30,299 bases of DNA from a virus (IMGVR_UViG_3300009095_000049:1-30299), one strand, 5' to 3'; positions 17,538 through 26,038 are shown, counted from the stretch's first letter. A program made the numbers and translations. Notes: generated by a model not told the origin, from the sequence alone.

Positions 17538-17843
17538 ATGGCTAAGGGTGTTGTGCTGGACGTCGAGACGGCCCGAGAGCTGGCGTGGACTAGCGCCGAA
17601 CCAGGAGTGCCTAACGAGGTCGAGGGCTGGACGGTCGTCTCAAACGAGCAGATCGACCGCGCTCGCTGGGAGTCCATTCACAGCCTCGTCATCAGGAACG
17701 AGGCCGGCGAGCACTATGCGGCAACCTATCGCCGCGGGTTGACGGAGAATCAGGACACGAAGCCGTTCGAGTACGACGAGACGGTCACTTTTGCGCAGGT
17801 GTTTCCGAAGACTGAAACGGTGGAGGTAGTGAGTTATGTCTGA
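17538..17843 (+). CDS. Hypothetical phage protein
   Basis: GAGGAG SD. RWES...YRRGLTENQD...PFE motif. Confidence 0.75.
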   Translation: MAKGVVLDVETARELAWTSAEPGVPNEVEGWTVVSNEQIDRARWESIHSLVIRNEAGEHYAATYRRGLTENQDTKPFEYDETVTFAQVFPKTETVEVVSYV

Positions 17844-18489
17844 GGTGGAGTTCAGGGCGTGGCCAAAGACGCCACGCCTGTTCAAGGATGTTGTCATTAC
17901 CGAGAAGATCGACGGCACGAACGGTGCTATTCACATCACCGAAGATGGCGATGTGGTCGCGCAGTCGCGCAAGCGACTCCTGTCTCTGGAGGCCGACAAC
18001 TTCGGCTTCGCCAAATGGGTCTATGACAACAAGGCAACCCTTGCCGAGACGTTGGGCGTCGGTACCCATTTCGGGGAATGGTGGGGGAATGGTATCAACC
18101 GCGGATATGACTGCAAGCCGGGAGAGCGATACTTCAGCCTGTTCAATGTCAACAAGTGGGGGTACTTGCTCGATTCTTCCCCGCTGGCTTCCCTTTCCGT
18201 TGTGCCCGTACTGTGGACGGGGACGATGGATACCGCGGCTGTCCTGGACGTAGCCGAGAAGCTTCAGATCAACGGAAGCCATGCGCGGCCCGGCTATATG
18301 CGCCCCGAGGGAATCTGCCTCTATCACTCGGCGAGTAACGCTATTTTCAAGTATCCGTTCGACAAGGAAGGCGCCCCTTTGAAGGCGCCGAAGGTCGATT
18401 ACTGGGAAGTGCGGATGGCTGACGAGCCTCTTCCGAGGCCGAAGACCTTCCGCGAGTGGGTTCGAGAGATGTTCTGGCTGGCGGCGTGA
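17836..18489 (+). CDS. RNA ligase family protein (nucleotidyltransferase domain)
   Basis: Motif I TEKIDGTN, QSRKR, HFGEW, FSLFN, PEGI and IFK. Confidence 0.8.
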   Translation: MSEVEFRAWPKTPRLFKDVVITEKIDGTNGAIHITEDGDVVAQSRKRLLSLEADNFGFAKWVYDNKATLAETLGVGTHFGEWWGNGINRGYDCKPGERYFSLFNVNKWGYLLDSSPLASLSVVPVLWTGTMDTAAVLDVAEKLQINGSHARPGYMRPEGICLYHSASNAIFKYPFDKEGAPLKAPKVDYWEVRMADEPLPRPKTFREWVREMFWLAA

Positions 18490-18689
18490 CCTACGAGTCA
18501 CGCGAAGCACTCGCCGGCAAGATTTCATGGGAAGGCGGTCTTTGGGCGTGGGCGACTAGCTACGGGTTCGACCCTAGCGACATGCCTGACGAGGAGACAG
18601 CCGAGGTTGCGGTGCACTTGAGGCCTCACCTCGATATCGCCGGCTTCTACGCTAATCGGTTTATTCAACTGCTACCGGATGTGGAGTGA
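18486..18689 (+). CDS. Hypothetical protein
   Basis: GTGA overlap. Contains KISWEGGL...YG. Confidence 0.6.
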   Translation: MTYESREALAGKISWEGGLWAWATSYGFDPSDMPDEETAEVAVHLRPHLDIAGFYANRFIQLLPDVE

Positions 18690-18702
18690 ATAAGAGTTGG
18701 CG

Positions 18703-18840
18703 ATGATGCTCGGGCGTGCGGCGTATTGGCGTTTCCCTTGTAAGTGCTGTTATCCGCTCGCCTGGCATCCCCTTTATAAGCGGACGCGCAAGCGTCGAGA
18801 AGAACGGGCGTGGAAACGTGACTACAGGGACAACCCGTGA
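18703..18840 (+). CDS. Small basic hypothetical protein (45 aa, not in the ORF track)
   Basis: MMLGRAAYWRFPCKCCYP...KRREERAWKRDYRDNP*. The stop overlaps the next GTG. Confidence 0.55.
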   Translation: MMLGRAAYWRFPCKCCYPLAWHPLYKRTRKRREERAWKRDYRDNP

Positions 18841-19661
18841 CCGCGGACAAGGTTGAAGAAGCGCATCGCATCGTAGACGAGGCGATCGAAGAGCACTTCA
18901 CGAGCACAGGCCATGCCTTGGCTGCGGTATGCCTCCTTTTCTCGGGAGGCAATGACAGCACGACCCTTGCGCACATTTTCAAGGAACGAGCCGACTATGC
19001 GGTGCATGTGAACACCGGTATCGGTATCGAGAAGACGAGAGAGTTCGTTCGAGACACGTGCAAGACGTGGGGACTGCCCCTCATTGAGGAGTCGCCCCCA
19101 CCGGGGTCAACCTACGAAGAGTTGGTGATCGACCAAGGGTTTCCAGGGCCGGCGCAGCACTGGAAAATGTATCAACGCCTGAAAGAGAGGGCTCTTCGCA
19201 ACGTGCGCCGGCGCTTCGTGAAGAACCCGCGGAAAGAACGCATCCTGTTCATCGCCGGCCGGCGCCGGCAGGAATCCAAGAGACGGGCGGACATCCCCGT
19301 GAGCGAGCGTGAAGGCTCGACCGTGTGGGTTTCTCCTCTCGTCAACTGGAGCAACGCCGACCTCAACGCCTACCGCAAGCAACACGACGTGCCGCGGAAC
19401 ATGGTCAGCGACCTGATCCACATGTCGGGGGAGTGCCTGTGTGGAGCGTTCGCCAAGCAGCAGGAGCTAGAAGAGGTCGGGTACTGGTTCCCCGAGGTTC
19501 GCGAACACATTGAAGGGCTGGAAAAGAAGGTTCGCGCCGCAGGCCATCCCGAACAGCGATGCCATTGGGGTTGGGGTGCGTACAAGAACCTGAAGCCGTC
19601 AAGGTCGGGGCCGATGTGCTCGACATGTGCGGTAAAGAACGACTTGGAGCTGATTGCCTGA
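18837..19661 (+). CDS. PAPS reductase family protein (PP-loop)
   Basis: LFSGGNDS, HVNTGIGI, GFPGP, LKER, GRRRQES..R, SPLVNWS and SGECLCGA. Confidence 0.82.
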   Translation: MTADKVEEAHRIVDEAIEEHFTSTGHALAAVCLLFSGGNDSTTLAHIFKERADYAVHVNTGIGIEKTREFVRDTCKTWGLPLIEESPPPGSTYEELVIDQGFPGPAQHWKMYQRLKERALRNVRRRFVKNPRKERILFIAGRRRQESKRRADIPVSEREGSTVWVSPLVNWSNADLNAYRKQHDVPRNMVSDLIHMSGECLCGAFAKQQELEEVGYWFPEVREHIEGLEKKVRAAGHPEQRCHWGWGAYKNLKPSRSGPMCSTCAVKNDLELIA

Positions 19662-19882
19662 TGAAGAAGATTACTGTGATGCTGGCGGGTGGCCTGCCAA
19701 TGGCGTTCCTTGCGTCGTTTGAGCAGGTGGGATATTTCCGTGAGGCTGTGAGAAAGAAAAACCTTTACGTCTTTGATGACACGGGCATCGCGTGTGACCA
19801 CGTGATGGCGTACTACGTCGAGGATGCAGACGAGAAGGAAACTCCGGCGACGGAGCCGGACGAGCCGGATTGCAACACCTAA
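19661..19882 (+). CDS. Hypothetical protein
   Basis: TGATG overlap. 73 aa with an acidic tail. Confidence 0.55.
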   Translation: MKKITVMLAGGLPMAFLASFEQVGYFREAVRKKNLYVFDDTGIACDHVMAYYVEDADEKETPATEPDEPDCNT

Positions 19883-19919
19883 CCGTTTCAAGGATCGGGA
19901 AATAGGGTAATTACCCTGT

Positions 19920-20768
19920 GTGACTGAGAAGACCGTCCTGATTGTGTCGGACATTCAAGCACCGCTCCACGACGGGGCGGTGCTCGACAACGTTCTAGCC
20001 TTCGCTAAAGACCTGAAACCCGATCGACTCGTGAATGTGGGCGATGATTGGGATGCCCATGAAGTAAGCCAATACAGCAGAGGCAGGGCCGGCGAGTACG
20101 CCGGCACATTGCAGGCTGGCCTTGATGTCGTCGCCTCCATCCATGCGCGCTTCCGCGAAGCGGTGGGCGACATCCCCTATGACCTGTCTCGCTCGAATCA
20201 TGGCGACAGGTTGCGGAAGTATCTCGCGCAGTACGCGCCGGCTCTGTCGAGCCTGCGCAGTCTCGATATCGAAGAGCTTGCCGGCTACAAGGCCGCGGGC
20301 ATCGCCTACCATTCGGAGCCTTTCGAGGTCGCCCCCGGATGGGTCGCCTGTCATGGCGACGAGGGGAGCCTTAGTCAGATCGCCGGCCGCACGGCCTCTC
20401 TACTCTCGGCGAAGTGGGGGGTGTCCGTCGTGTGCGGGCACACGCACCGGGCCGGCCTCGTGCCCACGTCGAGCGGCTTCGCCGGCCGCGTGACTTCAAC
20501 CCGCTGGGGGTTCGAGGTCGGGCATCTCATGGACGTGTCGCAGGCCACCTATCTCAAGGGCGGCTCGTGCGACTGGCAGCAAGCTTTCGGTCTGCTGCGT
20601 GTCCGCGGCGATCGTGTGCATCCGGAGTTGATCCCGATCAACGATGACGGGTCGTTCTGTGTAGATGGCCAGTGGTACCCACGAGCGCGGGAGCGCTCAA
20701 CGAAGTTCGAGCTTGCCGCCCGCGGCTACGTGGGCGTGACCCCGAATTGGTCGGGGCGTGCCGCATGA
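19920..20768 (+). CDS. Calcineurin-like metallophosphoesterase
   Basis: SDIQ, VGDDWD, SNHG, CHGD and GHTHR. Confidence 0.85.
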   Translation: MTEKTVLIVSDIQAPLHDGAVLDNVLAFAKDLKPDRLVNVGDDWDAHEVSQYSRGRAGEYAGTLQAGLDVVASIHARFREAVGDIPYDLSRSNHGDRLRKYLAQYAPALSSLRSLDIEELAGYKAAGIAYHSEPFEVAPGWVACHGDEGSLSQIAGRTASLLSAKWGVSVVCGHTHRAGLVPTSSGFAGRVTSTRWGFEVGHLMDVSQATYLKGGSCDWQQAFGLLRVRGDRVHPELIPINDDGSFCVDGQWYPRARERSTKFELAARGYVGVTPNWSGRAA

Positions 20769-21025
20769 GCATAGGGTCAGTCCTGCGAGAGATGATTGAG
20801 AGAAGCGACGACGTGAAGACTTCAGATATCACCGATGAGGCGTTTCTTGCCGTCGTCCACCAGGTGCGCGAACGCGAGCAGCGTTGGACGCACGTGGGCG
20901 ACGTGATGGAGGCGCTAGGGGCGCCTCGCAGGGTCGTCTTGTCAAAGGCTCGCAAGCTGATCGATCGCGGGTTGCTCGACGGGTGCGCCTGCGGTTGCAG
21001 GGGCGACTTCGAGGTGACCCCGTGA
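20765..21025 (+). CDS. Hypothetical protein
   Basis: ATGA overlap. C-terminal GLLDGCACGCRGDFE. Confidence 0.7.
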   Translation: MSIGSVLREMIERSDDVKTSDITDEAFLAVVHQVREREQRWTHVGDVMEALGAPRRVVLSKARKLIDRGLLDGCACGCRGDFEVTP

Positions 21026-21729
21026 GCGACGACGACCTGTTGACGTACGCCCGAACCATCGCCGGCGTGCTGTGGCGCCGATGGCCAACCATCGACCCCG
21101 ACGACATCGCGCAGGAAATCTGCCTCTACATCCTGTCCACGCCGAAGGTCCTGGAGGAGTGGCAGAACTTCCGGGAGGGCGACTTCACGGATGCCGAGGC
21201 AGAGAAGTACGCGGCCCGGAGAATGAGGATGATCGCCCGCCGCGCGGGCGCCCGGTACTGCCGGCGAGAGATCGCCGGGCAGCTCGGTTATAAGCCGGAA
21301 GACGAGGCTTTCTATTCGATCAAGCAATTGCAAGAGCTGGTCGAGCACTTCTATGCGCTGGGGATCACGGAGCGGCCTCCGGTCAGCCGCGGCGAGTCGA
21401 TCACTCGTTCGGTGTCCGACCCTTCCGCGGGTGGTGGCTGGCTCGTGTCGCTCCTGGACGTCGAGCGAGGGCTTCGGGAGCTGCCGCAGAAGTATCGGGC
21501 TCGCTTGAAGATGCGTTTCAAGGACCTTGGCGAGTACGACCTGAAGCAGATCGCTGCAATGGTCGGCAATCTGGCGGTCGCTCCCGGCAAGCGCCGGCGC
21601 ATCGAGAAGCATCTTGGAACGGATGAGAAGCAGATGGGGATGCGGGTCCATCGTGCCCTTCGCCGGCTACAAGACGTGCTCGGCGGCCCGACACCGTACG
21701 TGCGGGAAGACCTCGAACAGGCGGCATGA
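21022..21729 (+). CDS. RNA polymerase sigma-factor-like protein
   Basis: Region-2-like IDPDDIAQEICL and region-4-like LLDVERGLRELP...KQIAA...RVHRALRRLQDVLGG. GAGG SD before GTG 21022. Confidence 0.7.
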   Translation: MSDDDLLTYARTIAGVLWRRWPTIDPDDIAQEICLYILSTPKVLEEWQNFREGDFTDAEAEKYAARRMRMIARRAGARYCRREIAGQLGYKPEDEAFYSIKQLQELVEHFYALGITERPPVSRGESITRSVSDPSAGGGWLVSLLDVERGLRELPQKYRARLKMRFKDLGEYDLKQIAAMVGNLAVAPGKRRRIEKHLGTDEKQMGMRVHRALRRLQDVLGGPTPYVREDLEQAA

Positions 21730-21732
21730 CGA

Positions 21733-21768
21733 AACCCCTCCCCTCACCAGAGGGGAGGGGTTGCTTTT
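21733..21768. terminator. Bidirectional terminator between convergent arms
   Basis: AACCCCTCCCCTC-ACCA-GAGGGGAGGGGTT, a 13-bp perfect stem between convergent stops. Confidence 0.8.
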
Positions 21769-21772
21769 GGTG

Positions 21773-22087
21773 TCAGGCGCCGCGCGTCAGGAAGACATCG
21801 AGCCGATAGACAGGGATGTCCAGGGCGACGGCTGTCGCCATCTCGGCGCGAGCGCCGCGCGAGGTGTCCGATCCTGGCAGAAGGATCAGCGCGTCCGCCT
21901 GCGTGGCGATCCATTGAAGGCAATGACCGAAGGCGGGGCGGATGTCGTCGGTAGAGAACCCGTCGCCGGGGTCGGCAGGGTTCATCACCTCATGGCCGAG
22001 GTGGCGAAGGATGCCGGCCGCGGCGAAGAACGCGGGGAAGTTCATTTCTGGTCTGCCTCGCATCGGCCCGGCGATGTAGAGCTTCAC
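21773..22087 (-). CDS. DUF4406 / nucleoside 2-deoxyribosyltransferase-like protein
   Basis: LYIAGPMRG, NFPAF, VMNPA, ADALILLPG and SRGARAE. GTG start overlapping the upstream stop. Confidence 0.78.
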   Translation of the reverse strand: MKLYIAGPMRGRPEMNFPAFFAAAGILRHLGHEVMNPADPGDGFSTDDIRPAFGHCLQWIATQADALILLPGSDTSRGARAEMATAVALDIPVYRLDVFLTRGA

Positions 22088-22302
22088 TTCTTGACCTTCC
22101 CCCATCCGCCCTTTTTGAGGACTTTGTTTCTGAGTACGAGACAGACGAAGCCCCAAAGGAGCCATGCCGGCCAGGTGATGAGGAATTGCGCCAATGGCGC
22201 CCAATCCTGCTCGTGCGTGACGAAGAGGATGCCGGCCCATCCAATGGCGACGTAGGCGCCACAGATGATGTTGACGAGTTTTCGGGTGGTCTCGGCTTTC
22301 AT
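22084..22302 (-). CDS. Small membrane protein (2 TM)
   Basis: Two hydrophobic segments and a basic tail. Confidence 0.65.
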   Translation of the reverse strand: MKAETTRKLVNIICGAYVAIGWAGILFVTHEQDWAPLAQFLITWPAWLLWGFVCLVLRNKVLKKGGWGKVKK

Positions 22303-22790
22303 AGATAGAACCCCGGTTCCCGGCTGTCGCCTGGCTTGACGTAGGTGATCGGCATGCTCTGCCTGTTATGTCTGCCTTCGTACTCCGCGATCACAACGTC
22401 AGCGATGATGTCGAGCTGCGCTCGGCAGTCGCCGGCGCCTTCGCAGCATGGAGCCACCACGAACGCAGAGTTGGCGATCGTGATGCCGCCCACCCTTGGT
22501 TGGCTCGCCAGGAAGGAGTCGCATCCTTCGGCGGCCATCGGGAAGACCTTTTTGAGGTCCCTCAACGATTCGGCGATCTGACCGTGTGCGGCTTCCACGG
22601 TGTCGAGCGCTTCCGTGTGGTGGATCTTGATCGGGTCACGGTCGAGCCCCACCATGATGAGCGCGTGAAAGTGGTGCTTGTGGTCTCGCTCGTGCTCGGC
22701 TGCGGCCCGATACTCGGGATCGTGCGCCAGGCGCCACTGCTCGCATTTGTCGCATGGGCAGCCGATCGGGTGCTGTGAGATATCAGTCAT
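22299..22790 (-). CDS. Hypothetical protein
   Basis: ATGA overlaps at both ends. Contains HPIGCPCDKC. Confidence 0.7.
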   Translation of the reverse strand: MTDISQHPIGCPCDKCEQWRLAHDPEYRAAAEHERDHKHHFHALIMVGLDRDPIKIHHTEALDTVEAAHGQIAESLRDLKKVFPMAAEGCDSFLASQPRVGGITIANSAFVVAPCCEGAGDCRAQLDIIADVVIAEYEGRHNRQSMPITYVKPGDSREPGFYL

Positions 22791-23047
22791 GACGCGAGCG
22801 CCTTAGCTTTGGTTTCGGCGTGAATCATGATCCAAAGCCACTTCCAGCGCAGGCATGCGCGGCAGTCGCAGCCGACTTCGTGGCGACGGACGATTGACCA
22901 CAGGTCGCGCCGGCCGAGGCGCGAGGGGTCCTCTTGTACGATCATGAATCGTTCGGCCAACGCCCGATCGTATGGGCATGGGCATGTGCGCGGGTGCCCC
23001 GCGCGCTTGTCGCCTAGCTCGGCGATACTGAGGTATGGGAATAGCAT
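22787..23047 (-). CDS. Hypothetical Cys/His-rich protein
   Basis: GAAGGA SD plus GCTCACGCAATG start box. Contains HPRTCPC and HEVGCDCRAC. Confidence 0.7.
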   Translation of the reverse strand: MLFPYLSIAELGDKRAGHPRTCPCPYDRALAERFMIVQEDPSRLGRRDLWSIVRRHEVGCDCRACLRWKWLWIMIHAETKAKALAS

Positions 23048-23072
23048 TGCGTGAGCATTTCCTTCGTCGGGG

Positions 23073-23714
23073 TTATCCGAGATTGCGCCATCCCTGGCGC
23101 CGATAAAACTCCTCCCATGCTCGGAACATCATTTTCGTTAAGGGCTGCTCCGGGGGCGTCCCCATGAGGGTCGCCCATGCCCGCGTCTTGGCTACTCGTG
23201 CCGGCTGGTCGTCGTTACTCGCCGGCGCATGGGGCGCCCATTCTTCGGGCGTCCTTTCGGGCGCCTGGCGCGCCTCGTTGGCCTCGCGAACCTGCGGCCC
23301 GAAACCGAGATTAGAGGCGTCGGAAGGTTCGTCGGGTACTCGGGTACCCTCCGGCTCTGTTCGCGGCTCTACGCTCTGCCCCTTCTCTGAAATGGGGGCA
23401 TTCTGCGGTTCACTCTCGGGCTCGCTCGCGCTCTCCGCGGGTGGCGAGACAGGAACGTCAGGCACGGCCTTCAAATGACGCTCCCTCTTCGGGAGCGTCG
23501 CCAGGACCTTGCTCTTGCTGGCCGGCCTGGCGGCCCGAACGAACGGAGCCATCGCCTCGCGGAACGCGGTAGCGTTCTCGTCGGACAGGTCAATGACGAG
23601 CGCCTGGCCATCGAAGGCGAAGGCCATCTCTTCCAGCTCTTCGGGGAGATGCGTCTCCCCCGTCAGGTCGTCCCAATACTGGCGACCCTTGTACTTACGG
23701 CACCCCATAGCCAC
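23073..23714 (-). CDS. Lsr2-like protein with a divergent C-terminal domain
   Basis: DDLTGE...FAFDGQALVIDLSDENATAFREAMAPFVRAAR matches the Lsr2 dimerisation domain. A long P/E-rich linker leads to a C-terminal TRAWA..G without RGR. Confidence 0.75.
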   Translation of the reverse strand: MAMGCRKYKGRQYWDDLTGETHLPEELEEMAFAFDGQALVIDLSDENATAFREAMAPFVRAARPASKSKVLATLPKRERHLKAVPDVPVSPPAESASEPESEPQNAPISEKGQSVEPRTEPEGTRVPDEPSDASNLGFGPQVREANEARQAPERTPEEWAPHAPASNDDQPARVAKTRAWATLMGTPPEQPLTKMMFRAWEEFYRRQGWRNLG

Positions 23715-23793
23715 AACCTCATTGCGTGAGCATTCGCAGAGTGATCACTATATAGGGATCGGAAGATCCCTATGCGTGAGCATGCGCAGAGAG

Positions 23794-24015
23794 TCAGTCG
23801 ATCTCGCGCAGGGAGATAATACGCTTAGGCAGCCCTTCGCGGCGGCAGAACGCCCGAACTGCGCTCCATGGATACGCGACGCGCTGGCGGCCAGACCTGA
23901 CGACCGAGACTCCTTCGGGCCAGCCGGGTTTCTTCGTCCATCGGCGAACCGCCTCTTTGTTGACCTCTAGCCGTCTCGCGATCTCGGTAATCGTCAAAAG
24001 TTCGTCGTTCATCAT
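23794..24015 (-). CDS. Small HTH DNA-binding protein (excisionase/MerR-like)
   Basis: LLTITEIARRLEVNKEAVRRW...WP...YPWSAVRAF. GAGG SD. Confidence 0.7.
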   Translation of the reverse strand: MMNDELLTITEIARRLEVNKEAVRRWTKKPGWPEGVSVVRSGRQRVAYPWSAVRAFCRREGLPKRIISLREID

Positions 24016-24142
24016 GCCGCCTCGCATGTCTGCCTGGCTCGTGGCTCCACAGTCGCAGCAACGCCACCGCCAGAAGCGACAGAATGACGCACTGCAAAAG
24101 CAGGGTGGCCGCGAGCATGGTTTGAATTTCGGTGGAGACCAT
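23825..24142 (-). CDS. Putative membrane protein
   Basis: GAAAGGA SD plus GCTCACGCAATG box. N-terminal TM segment; the 3' part overlaps the HTH gene. Confidence 0.5.
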   Translation of the reverse strand: MVSTEIQTMLAATLLLQCVILSLLAVALLRLWSHEPGRHARRHDERRTFDDYRDRETARGQQRGGSPMDEETRLARRSLGRQVWPPARRVSMERSSGVLPPRRAA

Positions 24143-24228
24143 TGCGTGAGCGTTCCTTTCGGAGTGATCAACCGCCATCAACAGGCGGAAAGGCCGAGCG
24201 AGCCTTTCCGCCCGAAGAAGACGGCAGA

Positions 24229-24483
24229 TCACTCCCGCGTGCTCTCCTCCAAATGCACCCGGTACGCCTCCGCGAAAGCGAGGACGTAATTCAGATGCAT
24301 CTTGAGCGCATAGTGGAGAGCGTCAGCTAGCAGGCCAGTATAGAGGTCCATCGTGGACGTACCGAGCTGGTCACCCGCGACGCCCTTCATTCTCTTGTAC
24401 TCGGCAAGCAGCTCGCCGAAGCGGTCGGTGCCTGCCTCTACCTTCTCCGTGACCGAGAGGTCACGGGATGTGGTTATTCCCAT
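24229..24483 (-). CDS. Hypothetical protein
   Basis: AAGGA SD plus box. Contains LLADALHYA. Confidence 0.7.
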   Translation of the reverse strand: MGITTSRDLSVTEKVEAGTDRFGELLAEYKRMKGVAGDQLGTSTMDLYTGLLADALHYALKMHLNYVLAFAEAYRVHLEESTRE

Positions 24484-24682
24484 TGCGTGAGCAGCTTCCT
24501 TGGAGAGATGATCACATAGTGGCGGATCGACTGGTCACGGCGTGTCGCACCTGCGACACATGGCCCAATGTCCGCCCCGCCCGTCACACCAGGCGTACAG
24601 CTTGTGGCCACAGACCAGCACAGCCGGGCGGTCTTGCGAGGCTCGCGATCCCAGAAGAGCGGCCGGCCTTCGTCCTTCGTGG

Positions 24683-24928
24683 TCACGGCTTGAGCGTCGG
24701 GGGGAGCGTCGTCCCGTCCGCGGCGATGACCTCGTAACCGCACTCGCGAAGTACGCGCGTCACGGCCTCGTGAGAGATGCGGGGGCGCCCGCCGATGGTA
24801 CGCATGGGCGTGCCGAACCGACCGGCCTTGACGTGACGGGAAGCGCTCTTCGGGTTGATGTTGAAGATTCGACCGATGTCCGCGGTCGAGAGGGGATCAG
24901 GGTAGTGCCTCAGATCGATGGTTGGCAT
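24683..24928 (-). CDS. BldC-like / MerR-type HTH DNA-binding protein
   Basis: LSTADIGRIFNINPKSASRHVKAGRF..MRTIGGRPRI parallels the BldC pattern (PKT..RW.KAG.L...RT.GG.RR). Confidence 0.65.
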   Translation of the reverse strand: MPTIDLRHYPDPLSTADIGRIFNINPKSASRHVKAGRFGTPMRTIGGRPRISHEAVTRVLRECGYEVIAADGTTLPPTLKP

Positions 24929-25027
24929 TGGTACCTCTTGCGTGAGCAGTGGTGCGGGTGAGCGGCCCGCGATGTGTGATCGCTCTGAACGGCGCCCCCG
25001 TTACGTCGGGGGCGCCAGACACAACGA

Positions 25028-25198
25028 TCAATCGAGGTCTATGCCTAGCCTCTCGACTAGCTCTTCGGTCATGGAGACTTCTCCCGTGCCGAACGCATCC
25101 GGATCATCAGCCAGCGTGGCGGCGATGGCTTCGCCAACGCACGCACCACAAGTGAGGTACTGCGGTTCCTCGTGTAGGTCACAGCCCATGATCGTCAC
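25028..25198 (-). CDS. Small acidic hypothetical protein (56 aa, not in the ORF track)
   Basis: GTGA overlap. Reads MTIMGCDLHEEPQYLTCGAC...LGIDLD*. Confidence 0.55.
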   Translation of the reverse strand: MTIMGCDLHEEPQYLTCGACVGEAIAATLADDPDAFGTGEVSMTEELVERLGIDLD

Positions 25199-25290
25199 TT
25201 CCCGGTGATGTACGCGAGAATGACGATGACCAGGAGCAGCGCCAGCACCACGATAACGGCACTGATGATCATGTTCGCTTCCGTGCTCAT
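25195..25290 (-). CDS. 31-aa single-TM peptide
   Basis: MSTEANMIISAVIVVLALLLVIVILAYITGK*. ATGA overlap. Confidence 0.55.
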   Translation of the reverse strand: MSTEANMIISAVIVVLALLLVIVILAYITGK

Positions 25291-25478
25291 AGCCATCCCG
25301 CCACTTCGGCGAGCTGCCGCAGGTCGAAGGCGAAGAAGAAGGCCGCGAGCGGGATGGCTACAGCGAAGAGAAGCCGCAACCTCATGGCCTGGTTCGCCTT
25401 GATGGCCTTGATCAGGAGATACGCGGCGCCTGCCGTGGCGGCGCCCGACATGAGTGCGTTGGCGACGACCCAGATCAC
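25287..25478 (-). CDS. Small membrane protein (2 TM)
   Basis: Two hydrophobic stretches. GTGA overlap. Confidence 0.6.
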   Translation of the reverse strand: MIWVVANALMSGAATAGAAYLLIKAIKANQAMRLRLLFAVAIPLAAFFFAFDLRQLAEVAGWL

Positions 25479-26038
25479 GGCAGCCTCTTGACACTGGCGA
25501 CGACCGCGCGAAGCTTAACGCCTTCGGGCACGGCCATACTGAAGTCTTCCGGGATGCTGTACTTCGTGCCGTGAAGCTCGAACGTGTTCCGAACGATCTC
25601 CTGGCTACCGGCCCGAACGCGATAGGAGACCTCGTAACTGTCGTCGCTACGCGCGTCCATGTCGAGAAGCGTCACCTCCACTTCGTAGGTGACGTTGCAG
25701 CCCGCCGAACCGAAGCACTTGCGACGCTTCTCGATCACGTCAAGACGCAAATCGTTCTTCGTGAGCCGGCGTGCAGGCGAAGGGGAAGGGGCCGGGGAAG
25801 GTGTGCGAGTCTTCTTCGGCACGGAAGCGGAGACGGCAGTGTCGGCGCCTCGCTCACCGGCCTTCTCAACTGCGGCGCCCATAGCGAACCCGGTCGGCCC
25901 GGCAAGGATGGCGCCTCCGAGGAGACCGAGCATGATGAGACGGAAGCTACGGCCGGCCGCGGCCGGCGACGGGGGCGGCGTGGGCATGGGCGGCGGCGGG
26001 GGTGGCTGATAGCGATGCCTGCCGGGCATGTCGTTCAT
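25475..26038 (-). CDS. Membrane-anchored proline-rich protein
   Basis: Poly-Pro N-terminus, one TM segment, a PS linker, and a beta-rich domain with KCFGSAGCNVTY. Confidence 0.7.
   Translation of the reverse strand: MNDMPGRHRYQPPPPPPMPTPPPSPAAAGRSFRLIMLGLLGGAILAGPTGFAMGAAVEKAGERGADTAVSASVPKKTRTPSPAPSPSPARRLTKNDLRLDVIEKRRKCFGSAGCNVTYEVEVTLLDMDARSDDSYEVSYRVRAGSQEIVRNTFELHGTKYSIPEDFSMAVPEGVKLRAVVASVKRLP

Noticed and set aside
24474-24743. ORF bridging the BldC-like gene and 24483
   Set aside because: It runs through a hairpin element and the box, and no frame has a clear start. Left uncalled.
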